Assembly (NCBI GenBank): GCA_965197645.1
Contig: OZ240219.1
Span: forward strand, 928,001-992,000
Reading direction: 5' to 3'
Length of the DNA stretch: 64,000 nucleotides
Source of the DNA: Dehalococcoidia bacterium
GTDB taxonomy: Bacteria > Chloroflexota > Dehalococcoidia > Plut-88900
This document shows positions 18,324 through 29,139 of this stretch, piece by piece (positions within the stretch are counted from its first letter, which is position 1; each line of letters begins with the position of its first letter). The notes under the pieces are model-generated. The model searched no databases, was not told the origin of the DNA, and saw only the letters and a list, made by a program, of their open reading frames with translations. Both the position numbers and the translations under genes were made by a program.

Positions 18324-19943
18324 TTAACGGGCGCCGTTGCCGGACTTGCCCTGTTTGGTTAGCCAGTACTCCAGGCTATCGGTAAGGGCGAGCCAGCTGG
18401 CCTCGATGATATCCGTGGAGCTGCCCACGGTGGTCCACTGCGCTTTGCCGTCGGTGGAATCGATGAGAACGCGCACGTTGGCCTCCGTGCCCGAGGATTC
18501 GTCGATGATGCGCACCTTGTAGTCGGTGAGCTTGACTATGGCAAGGCTGGGGTAGAACTGGAGCAACGCCTTGCGGAGGGCGTTGTCCAGGGCGTTGACG
18601 GGGCCGTTGCCCTCGGCGGCTGTGTGCATCACCTCGCCGTCCACCCGCACCTTGACCATGGCCTCGGACAGTACGCCTACGGTGTCGCTGGGTGCGACCG
18701 GGATGCGGCGGCGCTTCTCGATCATGACCATGAAGTCGACCAGTTCGAAGGGTGATCTGTACTCCTTCTGATTCCGGCGCACCAGCATCTCGAAAGACGC
18801 CTCGGCCCCTTCGTACTGATAGCCTCGATTCTCCTGCTCTTTGATCTGCTGCAATAGCCTCTTCGTGTCTTGGGGTTCCATCTCCACGTCGATGCCCAGT
18901 TCCTTGACCTTGTAGGCGATGTTCACCCTGCCCGAGAGCTCGGACACGACCACCCTCTTGGTATTGCCCACCACCGCCGGCGGCATGTGCTGGTAGCTCT
19001 CCTCCAGCTTGTTCACCGCCGCGGCGTGCAGGCCGCCCTTGTGGACGAAGGCGCTATGCCCCACGTAAGGCTGCTGGTTGGCCGACGGCATGTTCGCCAG
19101 CTCGCTCACGTATCGGGAGGCCTCCGTGAGGTGGGAAAGCTGCTCGTCGGAGATGCAGTCGATACCCTTCTTCACCTTCAGATTCCCGATTACGGATATG
19201 AGATTGGCGTTGCCACACCGCTCGCCGTAGCCGTTTATAGTCCCCTGGACCTGGGTGACTCCCCGGTCTACTGCCGTCAGCGTGTTGCCGATGGCGAGAT
19301 CGGCGTCGTTGTGGACGTGTATCCCCAGGGGCACGGCGGAGGCTTCCCGCACCGTGTCGACCGTGTCGACGATCTCCCCGGGCAGGCACCCGCCGTTGGT
19401 GTCGCACAGGACAACGCAGTCGGCCCCGGCCTCAGCGGCTACCTGGACCGTCTTGAGAGCGTACTCCGGGTCGTCCTTGAATCCGTCGAAGAAGTGCTCT
19501 CCATCGAAGAACACCTCCCGGCCCTTGGACTTCAGGTACCGCACCGAGTCGGCAATCATGTCCAGGTTCTCTTCGGGCGTCGTCTCGAGGACGTGCCGCA
19601 CGTGTACGGCGGAGCTTTTGCCCACCAGGGTTATCACCTCGGTATCGGCGTCCAGCAGTGCCTTGATGTTGGCGTCCTCTTCGACGCTGACGTTGGCATG
19701 CCTGGTGCTGCCAAAGGCGGCTATCTTCGAGGTCTTCAGCTCCAGGCTTCTCGCCCGTTCGAAGAACTCGGCGTCCTTGGGGTTGGAGCCCGGCCATCCG
19801 CCTTCGATGTAGTGGACCCCAAGCTGGTCCAGCTTCTGGGCTATCTTGAGCTTGTCCTCCACGGACAGCGAGATGCCCTCCATCTGGGAGCCGTCCCTGA
19901 GGGTGGTGTCGTACAGCACTACTGTGGAAGCTTGATCTGTCAT
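18324..19943 (-). CDS. cimA: Citramalate synthase
   Basis: YDTTLRDGSQMEG, IEGGWPGSNPKD, FFDGEHFFDG, AFVHKGGLH, YEGAEASF, LTDYKVRI. Confidence 0.9.
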   Translation of the reverse strand: MTDQASTVVLYDTTLRDGSQMEGISLSVEDKLKIAQKLDQLGVHYIEGGWPGSNPKDAEFFERARSLELKTSKIAAFGSTRHANVSVEEDANIKALLDADTEVITLVGKSSAVHVRHVLETTPEENLDMIADSVRYLKSKGREVFFDGEHFFDGFKDDPEYALKTVQVAAEAGADCVVLCDTNGGCLPGEIVDTVDTVREASAVPLGIHVHNDADLAIGNTLTAVDRGVTQVQGTINGYGERCGNANLISVIGNLKVKKGIDCISDEQLSHLTEASRYVSELANMPSANQQPYVGHSAFVHKGGLHAAAVNKLEESYQHMPPAVVGNTKRVVVSELSGRVNIAYKVKELGIDVEMEPQDTKRLLQQIKEQENRGYQYEGAEASFEMLVRRNQKEYRSPFELVDFMVMIEKRRRIPVAPSDTVGVLSEAMVKVRVDGEVMHTAAEGNGPVNALDNALRKALLQFYPSLAIVKLTDYKVRIIDESSGTEANVRVLIDSTDGKAQWTTVGSSTDIIEASWLALTDSLEYWLTKQGKSGNGAR

Positions 19944-20023
19944 CTGGTCTGTTCTATGTCATCCCGGTCGTGGTGAAGGACCTGGGGTGGTGCACCTTTC
20001 AGTCTCTAGCCGATCCAGTCCTC

Positions 20024-21133
20024 TCAGCCCTTGGCGATCCTCTCCGCTAACAGGTCCCCCATTTTTGCTGTGCCGACCTGCTCCATGCCTTCCTGCATTA
20101 TGTCTGGCGTGCGGTATCCATCCTCCAACACCCGCTCTACGGCCCTCTCGATCGCCTCCGCCTCCGAGCTCAGGCCCAGCGAGTGGCGCAGCAGCATGGC
20201 CGCGCTGAGAGCCATGGCTATGGGATTGGCCTTGTCCTGGCCGGCTAGGTCCGGAGCGCTGCCGTGTACCGGCTCGTACAGACCGGGCATCTTGGGCGAC
20301 CGACGTTTGTCTCTGTTGCTGATGTTAAGGCTGGCCGAAGGCAACATGCCCATGGAGCCGGACAGCACCGATGCTTCATCGGTCAGGATGTCGCCGAAGG
20401 TGTTCTCTGTAACTATCACGTCGAACTGGGAGGGCTGGCGTATCAGGTGCATGGCCGCGGTGTCCACCAGGATGTGGTCCAGATCGATGTCCGGGTAATC
20501 GGAGGCGATCTCCAGGGCCACCTCTCGCCAGAGCCTGGACGATTCCAGGATGTTGGCTTTGTCCACCGAGGTCAGCTTCTTGCGGCGCCCCCGCGCCAGC
20601 TCGAATCCCACCCGAATGATCCTCTCGATCTCCGCCTCCGAGTATGCCATGGTGTCCTTGGCGCTGCGCCCCTTGGACGATTTCCACTGTCTCTTTGGCT
20701 TGCCGAAGTAGAGGCCTCCGGTCAGCTCCCGCACCACAACCATGTCCACGCCGGCGAGAACCTCCGATTTCAACGGAGTCGAGTCCTGAAGCTGTGGGTA
20801 CACCTTGAGCGGTCTCAGGTTGGCAAAGAGCTTGAGCCCCTTGCGAAGGGCGAGGAGCCCCTGTTCCGGCCGCACCTTGGCCCGAGGGTCGTCCCATTTG
20901 GGTCCACCCACGGCCCCGAACAGTACCGCGTCGCTCTTGCGGCACATCTCCAGGGTTTCGTCGGGCAGGGCGGTGCCGAACTTATCGATGGCGCCGCCCC
21001 CGGCCGATCCGTAGCTGTACTCGAACTGGTGGCCGAACAGTTGGCCGATGCGGTCCAGTATCTTGACGCCCTCGGCCGTGACCTCCGGCCCGATGCCGTC
21101 TCCAGGTATTACCGCTATGTTCGCTTTTGTCAT
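20024..21133 (-). CDS. leuB: 3-isopropylmalate dehydrogenase
   Basis: [57 protein letters not shown]. Confidence 0.97.
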   Translation of the reverse strand: MTKANIAVIPGDGIGPEVTAEGVKILDRIGQLFGHQFEYSYGSAGGGAIDKFGTALPDETLEMCRKSDAVLFGAVGGPKWDDPRAKVRPEQGLLALRKGLKLFANLRPLKVYPQLQDSTPLKSEVLAGVDMVVVRELTGGLYFGKPKRQWKSSKGRSAKDTMAYSEAEIERIIRVGFELARGRRKKLTSVDKANILESSRLWREVALEIASDYPDIDLDHILVDTAAMHLIRQPSQFDVIVTENTFGDILTDEASVLSGSMGMLPSASLNISNRDKRRSPKMPGLYEPVHGSAPDLAGQDKANPIAMALSAAMLLRHSLGLSSEAEAIERAVERVLEDGYRTPDIMQEGMEQVGTAKMGDLLAERIAKG

Positions 21134-21264
21134 GTCGTTTTCGCCGTGTTGAGGTTAGCGACAAGAATCAAGGATGGGTCCTGTTTTGTCATTCCGAGGA
21201 AGGGGACACTGAGTCCCTACGCTGTGGACCGGTTCTTCCCGGCAGCTCGGAACTGCATCACGGA

Positions 21265-22806
21265 CTAGCCCGTACCCACTGCCTCGGCCTCGGGCATACT
21301 GCGGCTTGCCAGCAGCCGGTTCAGGGCGTTCATGTAGGCCTTGGCGCTGGCCACTATAATGTCCGTGTCTGCGCCCCGCCCTATGAACGTTTCCATCTCG
21401 CTCTGCACCCTGATAGTAACCTCCCCCAGGGCGTCGATGCCCTCAGTTACCGACTTCACGTTGAACTCGGTCAACTCGTTGGGCACGCCCACCAGCCTGT
21501 TGATAGCCTGGTAGACCGCGTCCACCGGTCCCGCGCCGACGGCGGCGTCGGTCTGCACACCATCATCGGGTCCCCTGAGGGTGACGGTGGCAGTAGGCAC
21601 ATCGTGGTCTCCACAGGACACCTGCACGTGCTCCAGTCGATAGGTCTCGTTGACGGTGCGGCGCTCCTCACCCATCAGCACTTCCAGGTCACGGTCAGTG
21701 ACCTCCTTCTTCTTGTCGGCCACGTCCTTGAAGGCCTGGAATGTCCGTTTCAGCTCCTCATCGGTAAGGGCGTATCCCAGCTGCTCGAGCCGGTTTCTCA
21801 GCGCCGCTCGACCGCTCAGCTTGCCCAGGTAAAGGGTTGTGGTGGGCACCCCGACGGACTGGGGGTCCATGATCTCGTAGGTGATGGGGTTCTTCAGGAT
21901 GCCGTCCTGGTGTATTCCAGATTCGTGCCTGAAGGCGTTGCCGCCCACCACCGCCTTGTTGGGCTGCACCGGCAGCCCGGTGAGATCGCTCACCAGGCGG
22001 CTGGTGCGATATATCTGGGTGCTATCGATATTGGTCGTGATGTCGTACAGGTCGTTGCGGGTCCTGAGGGCCATCACGATCTCTTCCAGTGAGGCGTTGC
22101 CCGCCCGCTCGCCGATGCCGTTCACTGTGCACTCCACCTGCCTGGCTCCCGCCCGGATCGCCGCCAGGCTGTTGGGCACCGAGAGGCCCAGGTCGTTGTG
22201 GCAGTGCACGCTTACGGTAGCCTTATCGATGTTCGGCACCTTTTCGAAGATGCTGGAGATCAGATCGTAGAACTCTTCGGGCGTGGTGTAGCCGACGGTG
22301 TCCGGGATGTTGATGGTCTTGGCTCCGGCGTTGATGACCGATTCCAGCACCCTGTAGAGATACTCCCGGCTGGTGCGGGTGGCGTCCATCGGCGAGAACT
22401 CCACGTCGCTGAGGTACCCCGCGGCCCGGGCCACCATCTCGGTGGCCATTTCCAGGATCTCCTCGTGGTTCTTCTTGAGCTGGTACATCAGGTGTACGTC
22501 CGAGCTGCTGAGGAACACGTGCACCCTGGGATTCTCGGCGTTTTTGACCGCGTCGTAGCAGGCGTCAACGGCCTTGGGATGAGCGTGGGCCAAGCCGGCC
22601 ACTATCGGTCCTTTGACCTCTTTTGCGACCCTGCTCACCGCCTCGAAGTCGCCCGGCGAGCTGAAGGGGAATCCTGCTTCGATTACGTCCACACCCAGAC
22701 GGCTGAGCTGGTGGGCTATCTCCACCTTCTCCTCCACGTTGAGGGTGGCGCCCGGCGCCTGCTCCCCGTCTCTGAGCGTGGTATCGAAGATTGTAACCTG
22801 GTTCAT
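21265..22806 (-). CDS. leuA: 2-isopropylmalate synthase
   Basis: [46 protein letters not shown]-terminal regulatory domain. Confidence 0.96.
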   Translation of the reverse strand: MNQVTIFDTTLRDGEQAPGATLNVEEKVEIAHQLSRLGVDVIEAGFPFSSPGDFEAVSRVAKEVKGPIVAGLAHAHPKAVDACYDAVKNAENPRVHVFLSSSDVHLMYQLKKNHEEILEMATEMVARAAGYLSDVEFSPMDATRTSREYLYRVLESVINAGAKTINIPDTVGYTTPEEFYDLISSIFEKVPNIDKATVSVHCHNDLGLSVPNSLAAIRAGARQVECTVNGIGERAGNASLEEIVMALRTRNDLYDITTNIDSTQIYRTSRLVSDLTGLPVQPNKAVVGGNAFRHESGIHQDGILKNPITYEIMDPQSVGVPTTTLYLGKLSGRAALRNRLEQLGYALTDEELKRTFQAFKDVADKKKEVTDRDLEVLMGEERRTVNETYRLEHVQVSCGDHDVPTATVTLRGPDDGVQTDAAVGAGPVDAVYQAINRLVGVPNELTEFNVKSVTEGIDALGEVTIRVQSEMETFIGRGADTDIIVASAKAYMNALNRLLASRSMPEAEAVGTG

Positions 22807-22877
22807 TTCATGACTCCTTGGTCTATAGCTACGAGTCCGCTGTTGCGTCCGGCCGGCCCAGCTGGAAGGTTCCGCTC

Positions 22878-23885
22878 CTAGCTGGGCTTGCTAAGGAAGC
22901 TCATCATGGCCCGCAGCTCCTCCCCAACCTTCTCCACAGTATGCTCCTTGTCCCGTTTTCTCATGGCATCGAAGTTGGTGCGACCCTCCCGGTTCTCGGC
23001 GATCCAGTCCCTGGCGAAGGCGCCGCTCTGTATGTCCGCCAGCACCTTCTTCATGTTTTCCTTGACGTGGGGATCGATCACCTTCTCGCCCCGGGTGTAA
23101 TCGCCGTATTCGGCGGTGTCGCTGACCGAGTACCGCATGTACCCGAGTCCGCCCTGGTAGATCAGGTCCACTATCAGCTTCACCTCGTGCAGACACTCGA
23201 AGTAGGCCACCTCTGGCTGGTAACCGGCCTCGACCAGGGTCTCGAAACCGTACTTGATGAGAGAGGTAACCCCGCCGCACAGTACGCTCTGTTCACCGAA
23301 CAGGTCCGTTTCGGTCTCCTCTTTGAAAGTGGTCGCCAGGACGCCCGCCTTGGTGCAACCCAGGGCCTTCCCATAAGCCAGGGCCGTCTCTCTGGCCTGG
23401 CCCGAGGGGTCCTGCTCTATGGCTATCAGCGCCGGCACTCCAACCCCCTCCGAGAAGAGCTCCCGCAGACGATGGCCCGGCGCCTTGGGAGCGATCATGC
23501 TGACGTCCACGTAGGGCGGGGGCACCACCTCGTTGAAGTGGATGTTGAACCCGTGGGCAAACATCAACGTCTTGCCCTCTTCCAGGTGGGTCGCTATCTG
23601 ACCCTCGTACACGTCCCGTTGACGCTCGTCTGGAATGGTCATCATGATGATGTCGGACGCTTTGGCCACGTCGGCCACCTCCGCCACCTTGAGCCCGGCC
23701 TCCTCGGCCTTGGGCCAGCTCTTGCTGCCCTGGTAGAGTCCGACCATAACGTCGCAGCCGCTGTCCTTCAGGTTCAGCGAATGGGCGTGTCCCTGGCTGC
23801 CGTAGCCTATCACCCCGATGGTCTTGCCTTCGAGGGTCTTCATGTCGGCGTCGTTATCGTAGTAGACCGTTGCGTTGATCGCCAT
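22878..23885 (-). CDS. ilvC: Ketol-acid reductoisomerase
   Basis: [50 protein letters not shown]. Confidence 0.97.
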   Translation of the reverse strand: MAINATVYYDNDADMKTLEGKTIGVIGYGSQGHAHSLNLKDSGCDVMVGLYQGSKSWPKAEEAGLKVAEVADVAKASDIIMMTIPDERQRDVYEGQIATHLEEGKTLMFAHGFNIHFNEVVPPPYVDVSMIAPKAPGHRLRELFSEGVGVPALIAIEQDPSGQARETALAYGKALGCTKAGVLATTFKEETETDLFGEQSVLCGGVTSLIKYGFETLVEAGYQPEVAYFECLHEVKLIVDLIYQGGLGYMRYSVSDTAEYGDYTRGEKVIDPHVKENMKKVLADIQSGAFARDWIAENREGRTNFDAMRKRDKEHTVEKVGEELRAMMSFLSKPS

Positions 23886-23888
23886 CTC

Positions 23889-24440
23889 CTATACTCCTCC
23901 GATATCCTCGTAGTGGACGGGTTCCTGCGGCCGTCGGCCGTTTACGTTGATGGTGCCCGAACCCCGCACCATTGCCACCCGCCCCGTGCGCATGATCTCC
24001 TGTACTCCAAAGGGCTTCAGCAGATTGTATAGTGACTGGATCTTTTCGTCGTCTCCGGTCACTTCTATCACCAGGCTATCCAGTGCCACGTCGATGATGT
24101 GGGCCCTGAATATCCCCGCTATGCTTATGATCTCACTCCGTTCCTCGGGGGCTGATTTGACCTTTATCAGGCTCAACTCCCGGGAGACCATCGGCCGGTC
24201 CGTTATGTCGTAGACCTCAACAACGCCGATCAGCTTCTTGAGCTGCCGAGCGGCCTGCCGGTGGACTTCTTCATTGCCTTCAACGACTATGGTCATCCTG
24301 GATAGTGCCGGGGTCTCGCTCTGTCCCACCGCCAGGCTGGCGATGTTGAAGCCGCGGCGTCTGAACAGCCCCGAGATCCGATTGAGGACGCCCGGTTTGT
24401 CTTCCACCAGCGCTACCAGAGTATGTCTGTGGCCTGCCAT
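23889..24440 (-). CDS. ilvN: Acetolactate synthase small (regulatory) subunit
   Basis: MAGHRHTLVALVEDKPGVLNRISGLFRRRGFNI ACT domain; RELSLIKV; RTGRVAM. Confidence 0.95.
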   Translation of the reverse strand: MAGHRHTLVALVEDKPGVLNRISGLFRRRGFNIASLAVGQSETPALSRMTIVVEGNEEVHRQAARQLKKLIGVVEVYDITDRPMVSRELSLIKVKSAPEERSEIISIAGIFRAHIIDVALDSLVIEVTGDDEKIQSLYNLLKPFGVQEIMRTGRVAMVRGSGTINVNGRRPQEPVHYEDIGGV

Positions 24441-24445
24441 GCCGC

Positions 24446-26140
24446 CTAGCCCATGGTTACGCTTACGTTGGGGTCTTCCACCATCGATGTCACCGAGCCG
24501 CCGGGCGGGATGAACGGGTACACGTTCTCTTCCGTCCTGACCACAAAGTCCACCACCACCGGTCCATCGTGCTCCATGGCCTGCCGTATCGAGGGGACCA
24601 CCTGGTCCTTGGTCTTGACCCTCAGCCCGACCATGCCGAAGGCCTCGGCCAGCTTGACGAAGTCGGGGCTGTGGAACTGGGTGGCAACGTAGGACTTGTC
24701 GTAGAACAGCTCCTGCCACTGCCTCACCATGCCGTGAAATCCGTTGTTCATGATGGCGAACTTGACCGGTATGTTTTCCTGCACCATGGTGGCCAGCTCG
24801 AACATGGTCATCTGGAAGCCGCCGTCGCCGCAGATGGACCACACCGTCCTGTCGGGACAGCCTACCTGGGCGCCCATGGCGGCCGGGACCTCGTAACCCA
24901 TGGTACCGGCGCCACCCGAGGTCAGGAACCTGTTGGGTTCGTTGAAGAAGAAGTGCTGCGCCGCCCACATCTGGTGCTGGCCGACACCGGTGACAATTAT
25001 CCCTTCTCCCTGGGTCTCCTGGTTTAGCTGTTGAATGATGTAGGGAGGAATCAGGTCCTCCGTATCGCGAATCTTCAACGAGGGGTGGTCCTCCCTCCAC
25101 TGATGGATTTGCGACACCCATTGAGAGCGGCTCTTCTGCTCCACCAGCGGGTTCAGCTGGCTCAGGGTGTGATTGACGTCCGATACCAGGGCTAGGTCCA
25201 CCGGCACGTTTTTGCCTATCTCGGCGGCGTCTATGTCCAGGTGGAGCTTCTTGGCCCTGGGAGCGAAGTCACTGATCTTGCCCGTGACCCGGTCGTCGAA
25301 CCGCATACCGATGCCCAGCAGCAGGTCCGCCTGATCGATGGCTATGCTGGCCCATGCGACGCCGTGCATTCCCGGCATGCCTACACTGAGCACGTGGCTG
25401 CCCGGGAAGGAATCGAGTCCGAGCAAGGTGGTGATAACGGGTATCTGGGCCTTTTCGGCCAGCTCTTGCAGTCGGGAGTGGGCCCTGGAGATGGTCACGC
25501 CGCGCCCGGCTATGATGATGGGGCGCTCGGCCTCGTTGATCATTTGAGCGGCCTGCTCCAGGTCGGCGGGTTCCAGCTCATCGTAGGGTTCGTAACCGGG
25601 CAGGTCCACTTCGTCGGGATAACCTTCGAACTCCGTCTCTTCCTGCTGGATGTCCTTGGGTATGTCGACGAGGACGGGACCGGGCCGACCCGTCCTGGCC
25701 AGGTAGAAAGCCTCTTTGATGACCATGGGCAGCTCTTGGATGTCCATGACCAGGTAGTTGTGCTTGGTGATGGGCAGGGTTATACCGGTAACGTCGGACT
25801 CCTGGAAGGCGTCCTTGCCGATCATGGCCCTGGGCACCTGCCCGGTGATGGCCACGATGGGGACCGAGTCCATCTGCGCGGTCATGATGCCGGTAACCAG
25901 GTTGGTGGCGCCCGGCCCGGAGGTGGCTACGCAGACGCCGACCCTACCGGTGGCCCTGGCGTAACCGTCGGCGGCGGTGGCTGCGCCCTGCTCGTGGCGC
26001 ACCAGGATGTGTCGCAGGTCGGGGTACTCGGGCAGGGTCTGGTAGAAGGGCAAAATAGCCCCACCGGGCAGACCAAACATGACGTCTACCCCTTCCTGCC
26101 TGAGACACTCCAAGACTATTTGCGACCCATTCAGCTTCAT
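24446..26140 (-). CDS. ilvB: Acetolactate synthase large subunit
   Basis: MKLNGSQIV start after AGGAGG; FGLPGGA, VRHEQGA, TSGPGATN, VGQHQMW, GDGGFQM. Confidence 0.97.
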   Translation of the reverse strand: MKLNGSQIVLECLRQEGVDVMFGLPGGAILPFYQTLPEYPDLRHILVRHEQGAATAADGYARATGRVGVCVATSGPGATNLVTGIMTAQMDSVPIVAITGQVPRAMIGKDAFQESDVTGITLPITKHNYLVMDIQELPMVIKEAFYLARTGRPGPVLVDIPKDIQQEETEFEGYPDEVDLPGYEPYDELEPADLEQAAQMINEAERPIIIAGRGVTISRAHSRLQELAEKAQIPVITTLLGLDSFPGSHVLSVGMPGMHGVAWASIAIDQADLLLGIGMRFDDRVTGKISDFAPRAKKLHLDIDAAEIGKNVPVDLALVSDVNHTLSQLNPLVEQKSRSQWVSQIHQWREDHPSLKIRDTEDLIPPYIIQQLNQETQGEGIIVTGVGQHQMWAAQHFFFNEPNRFLTSGGAGTMGYEVPAAMGAQVGCPDRTVWSICGDGGFQMTMFELATMVQENIPVKFAIMNNGFHGMVRQWQELFYDKSYVATQFHSPDFVKLAEAFGMVGLRVKTKDQVVPSIRQAMEHDGPVVVDFVVRTEENVYPFIPPGGSVTSMVEDPNVSVTMG

Positions 26141-26204
26141 TGCCACCTCCTGAGGTGGGCCACGGCTACGACAACGGGAACCGATGCTTCTATTTCGGGA
26201 TCGA

Positions 26205-26440
26205 AACAAAAAAATCCCCGTCCCATAAAGGGACGGGGTTCTCATCCGTGGTACCACCCTTCTTTGTTCCGACTAGTCGGAACCTCATATCAGAGTAACG
26301 GCTCTAACCGACCAGGCCTACTTGGGACATTTCAGCCTGATAGCTCCGAGGCGAGTTCGGAGGCCCTTACCATCGGGCTTTCACCATTTCCCGATTCGCT
26401 GAGGGGCGGAAGCTCTCCTACTACTCCTCTTCAACGCTAG
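26205..26440 (-). promoter_or_regulatory. T-box riboswitch (Leu, specifier CUC) with intrinsic terminator
   Basis: Minus strand: stem I GCGTTGAAGAGGAGTAGTA..CAGCGA..GGTGAAAG..GAA-CTC-G (CTC at 26353-26355); T-box AAGGGTGGTACCACGG (26246-26261); terminator CCCCGTCCC-TTTAT-GGGACGGGG-A plus T run. Confidence 0.92.
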
Positions 26441-26543
26441 TTTCTATTCAATTGTGAAATCCGAAACAACGTAACATATCTTGTCAACTGGTGTCAAGAT
26501 TCGAGGTGTGATAATCATTATCATGCCAGACGATACTGGTCCG

Positions 26544-26790
26544 GCAGGATGATGAGTAACCCTTTCGACCATCTCCCCGGCCCCTTTCCTGACCAGTGTA
26601 CAACCTTAGGGGGCGGGGGCCGTCGAATGCAATCTGGGAGAGTGTGGAAGGATACGACTTTTCGCGGGCAACGGCCAGACCTGGCTAGATTGCCACGCCC
26701 CGACTTTGTCGGGTCTCGCAATGACGAGGCTGTCGTTGCGAGCGACGGGGAAGTTGGCCCCTCCCCATGCCCTATAATTCCTCAGCCTGC
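26544..26790 (+). repeat. MITE-like repeat, family B copy 1, containing a REP-like inverted doublet
   Basis: Ends GCAGGATGATGAGTAA / TAATTCCTCAGCCTGC; AACCCTTTCGACCATC shared with about 55829; internal AGATTGCCACG..CTCGCAATGAC-GAGGCT-GTCGTTGCGAG. Confidence 0.6.
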
Positions 26791-27512
26791 TAGGTCGCGT
26801 GGGGCTTGGTGCCCCAGTGTATAGCGACGGTCCCCATGTTCAGTTTGCGGTAGCCGACGTCCACCAGGCCGGCTTGTCGAAACAGATCCGACAGCTCCTC
26901 CGCCGTGGGGAAGCCGTCCACCGAGTTGGGCAGGTAGGTGTACGCCTCCTTATCGCCGGCCAGGACCTGTCCCAGCAAGGGCACCCATCGACTGAAATAG
27001 AGATCCAGCAGGGTCGAGAGGGGGAAGGGGGCCTTAAGAGGTGTAAGCTCCAGCACCGCTACTCGTCCGCCGGGCCTGATCACCCGTCGCATCTCGGAGA
27101 GGCATCCGACGATGCTGTCCACGTTCCTGAGTGCAAAGCCGGAGGTGGCACACACGAAGGAGTTGTCTTGGAAGTCCAGTTTGAGAGCGTCCCCTTCGAC
27201 GTAGGAGACCGGGACGCGAGTCGAGGTTTTTGCGGTCTTGTCATTGGCCAGATCGATCATCTCGGGGCAGAAATCCACGCCGGTGACCACGGTGATCCGG
27301 GGCTGCCTCGCCAGCTCCAGGGCCAGGTCCCCTGTGCCGGTGGCTACGTCCAGGGCCGGTCCGGGGGTGTCGCCGGCGGCGATCTTGGCAGTAGTGCCCT
27401 TCCATCGACGGTGCATGCCGAAGGTCATGACCGTGTTCAACAGATCGTATCGGCCGGAGATGCGGGCAAACATCTCCCCGATGTACTCCGATTTTCTGTG
27501 AGTGGTGCTCAA
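26790..27512 (-). CDS. menG: Demethylmenaquinone/ubiquinone methyltransferase (MenG/UbiE)
   Basis: MFARISGRYDLLNTVMTFG, LDVATGTGDLA, GFALRNV, AYTYLPNSV. Confidence 0.9.
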   Translation of the reverse strand: MSTTHRKSEYIGEMFARISGRYDLLNTVMTFGMHRRWKGTTAKIAAGDTPGPALDVATGTGDLALELARQPRITVVTGVDFCPEMIDLANDKTAKTSTRVPVSYVEGDALKLDFQDNSFVCATSGFALRNVDSIVGCLSEMRRVIRPGGRVAVLELTPLKAPFPLSTLLDLYFSRWVPLLGQVLAGDKEAYTYLPNSVDGFPTAEELSDLFRQAGLVDVGYRKLNMGTVAIHWGTKPHAT

Positions 27513-27646
27513 CTTGGTGTGTAGGTGATGATCGGACTAGAGCGCCGACGAGTTATCTTTCGTCAGGGGGCACTAAGGGTTCAATGGGTTGGGGTACCCG
27601 GCCTGCGGCTGGATGACTTAACGGTTTTCCTTTTATCTGGCTGCTA

Positions 27647-28309
27647 TCAGCCGGCCTGGTTGCCCCATCGATCCCAATGTATGTGATCCCTGGCCGGCGG
27701 GCGAGAGGCCGGCTTGAAATTGGCTCCTGTATAGTACCCCACGGTGAACAGGACCATCTGAGTTACGTCTTCGGGAATACCCAGGACATTGGCGGTCTCG
27801 GCCTCATGGTCCAGGTGCAGTGTGGTCCAGACGGCGCCCAGCTTCCTCGATCTCAGGGCCAGCATGAAAGACCATGCGGCAGGCAACACGGAGCCGTAGA
27901 CGCCGGCCAGTTCGGATACGCTGGCTCCTTCATACCGCCCGCCGACTGCGACGATCACCAGCGCAGGAAACAGGTGCATGGTGTCATCGTATCGCCGTCC
28001 AGCTTCTATTGCACGCTTGATCGCGTCCACCTGAGAGGGGTCAGCTCCTCTCAGTGCGTCGGCCTCCATCTGCTCTGCGTAGGGACCGCTGGCCTTCCGG
28101 TAGAGATCGGCTACCTGCTTCTTGAGGTCCTGGTCGGTTACCACTATGAAGTGGGGGTGGTAGGGATCCCCCCCTATAGGGGCCTGCATGGCTATCTCGA
28201 CGCAATCCTCGATTACCGCTCTTTCGACAGGTCGATCGAAGTCTATGCGCCGGCGTACCGCCCGCGTTGTAGTGAGGAGGTGGTCCGTTGCTACTTGGTC
28301 AATATCCAT
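27647..28309 (-). CDS. Nitroreductase family protein
   Basis: LLTTTRAVRRR, AMQAP, SVLPAAWSFMLALRSRKLGAVWTTLH. Confidence 0.88.
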   Translation of the reverse strand: MDIDQVATDHLLTTTRAVRRRIDFDRPVERAVIEDCVEIAMQAPIGGDPYHPHFIVVTDQDLKKQVADLYRKASGPYAEQMEADALRGADPSQVDAIKRAIEAGRRYDDTMHLFPALVIVAVGGRYEGASVSELAGVYGSVLPAAWSFMLALRSRKLGAVWTTLHLDHEAETANVLGIPEDVTQMVLFTVGYYTGANFKPASRPPARDHIHWDRWGNQAG

Positions 28310-28421
28310 GCCGATAGTATAGTCAAGGGTGTCGGCACGGGGAAGAGGATGCGTCCGGTCTCATTGGGGGCGTTACGGCTTCAAGGCTCTCCCCTCTTGC
28401 TGTGACTCCCTTTTCCCACGT

Positions 28422-29045
28422 CTAGTTCACGGATGCTAGCCCGTGAGCCTGGGGCAGGATGATCTGGACCTCGTCGGTGGGGCCGATGGCCTCGTAGCTG
28501 TCCTGTAGATAGCAGAAGCCGACGTAGGCGGCGGTGGCGGCGTCCAGCTCGTCGTGGACGCGTTTGCGTTCCGGGTCCTTGAATCGAATGCCAAGGTCTA
28601 CCAGTCCTCGTTCCAGTCCTTGAAGGCTTCGGTGCTTTCGAGGGAGGCCCAGCCGGTCCTGAGCCGCGCCGGGGTAGACCTCTATGACCGTTAGCCCGGC
28701 GGCCTCCATCCTCTCCTTCAGATCGATGCTGCGCAGGGTGAGGGGCACCATCGAGGGGAGAAGAGTCCAGAAGGGGTGGTATCCCAGGCGGGCGATCTCT
28801 CTATCGGCGGCCCGGACGATACCGTGGACGACGCAGGCGCAAGAAGGGTCTGCGCAGCACCTCCCCTTCGGCAGGGCAAGAGGCGAGTCTATGGCCACGA
28901 CATCGGGCCTGGCTTCCAACGTTGCCCGGAGGATCTCATCGTCGGTGGCGGCGACCCAAGAGTCGGTGTGCAGCTGTTCATCGACGACGGCGAGCCCGGA
29001 CTTGCGGCGCTCAGAGCCCGTGGGATCGATGCCTAGGGAGATCAA
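28422..29045 (-). CDS. DUF429 family predicted nuclease (RNase H-like fold)
   Basis: GIDPTG, VAIDSPL, R.ADRE, IEVYPGA, HDELDAATAA. Confidence 0.82.
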   Translation of the reverse strand: MISLGIDPTGSERRKSGLAVVDEQLHTDSWVAATDDEILRATLEARPDVVAIDSPLALPKGRCCADPSCACVVHGIVRAADREIARLGYHPFWTLLPSMVPLTLRSIDLKERMEAAGLTVIEVYPGAAQDRLGLPRKHRSLQGLERGLVDLGIRFKDPERKRVHDELDAATAAYVGFCYLQDSYEAIGPTDEVQIILPQAHGLASVN

Positions 29046-29139
29046 GCTCAGCCTCGGTTGGGAGATGACTTAATGCTGGTGTACTTTCGGCGGCGGACTA
29101 AGGCGAGCGGGGAAGACAGACGAAGTTTCATGTTGATAC

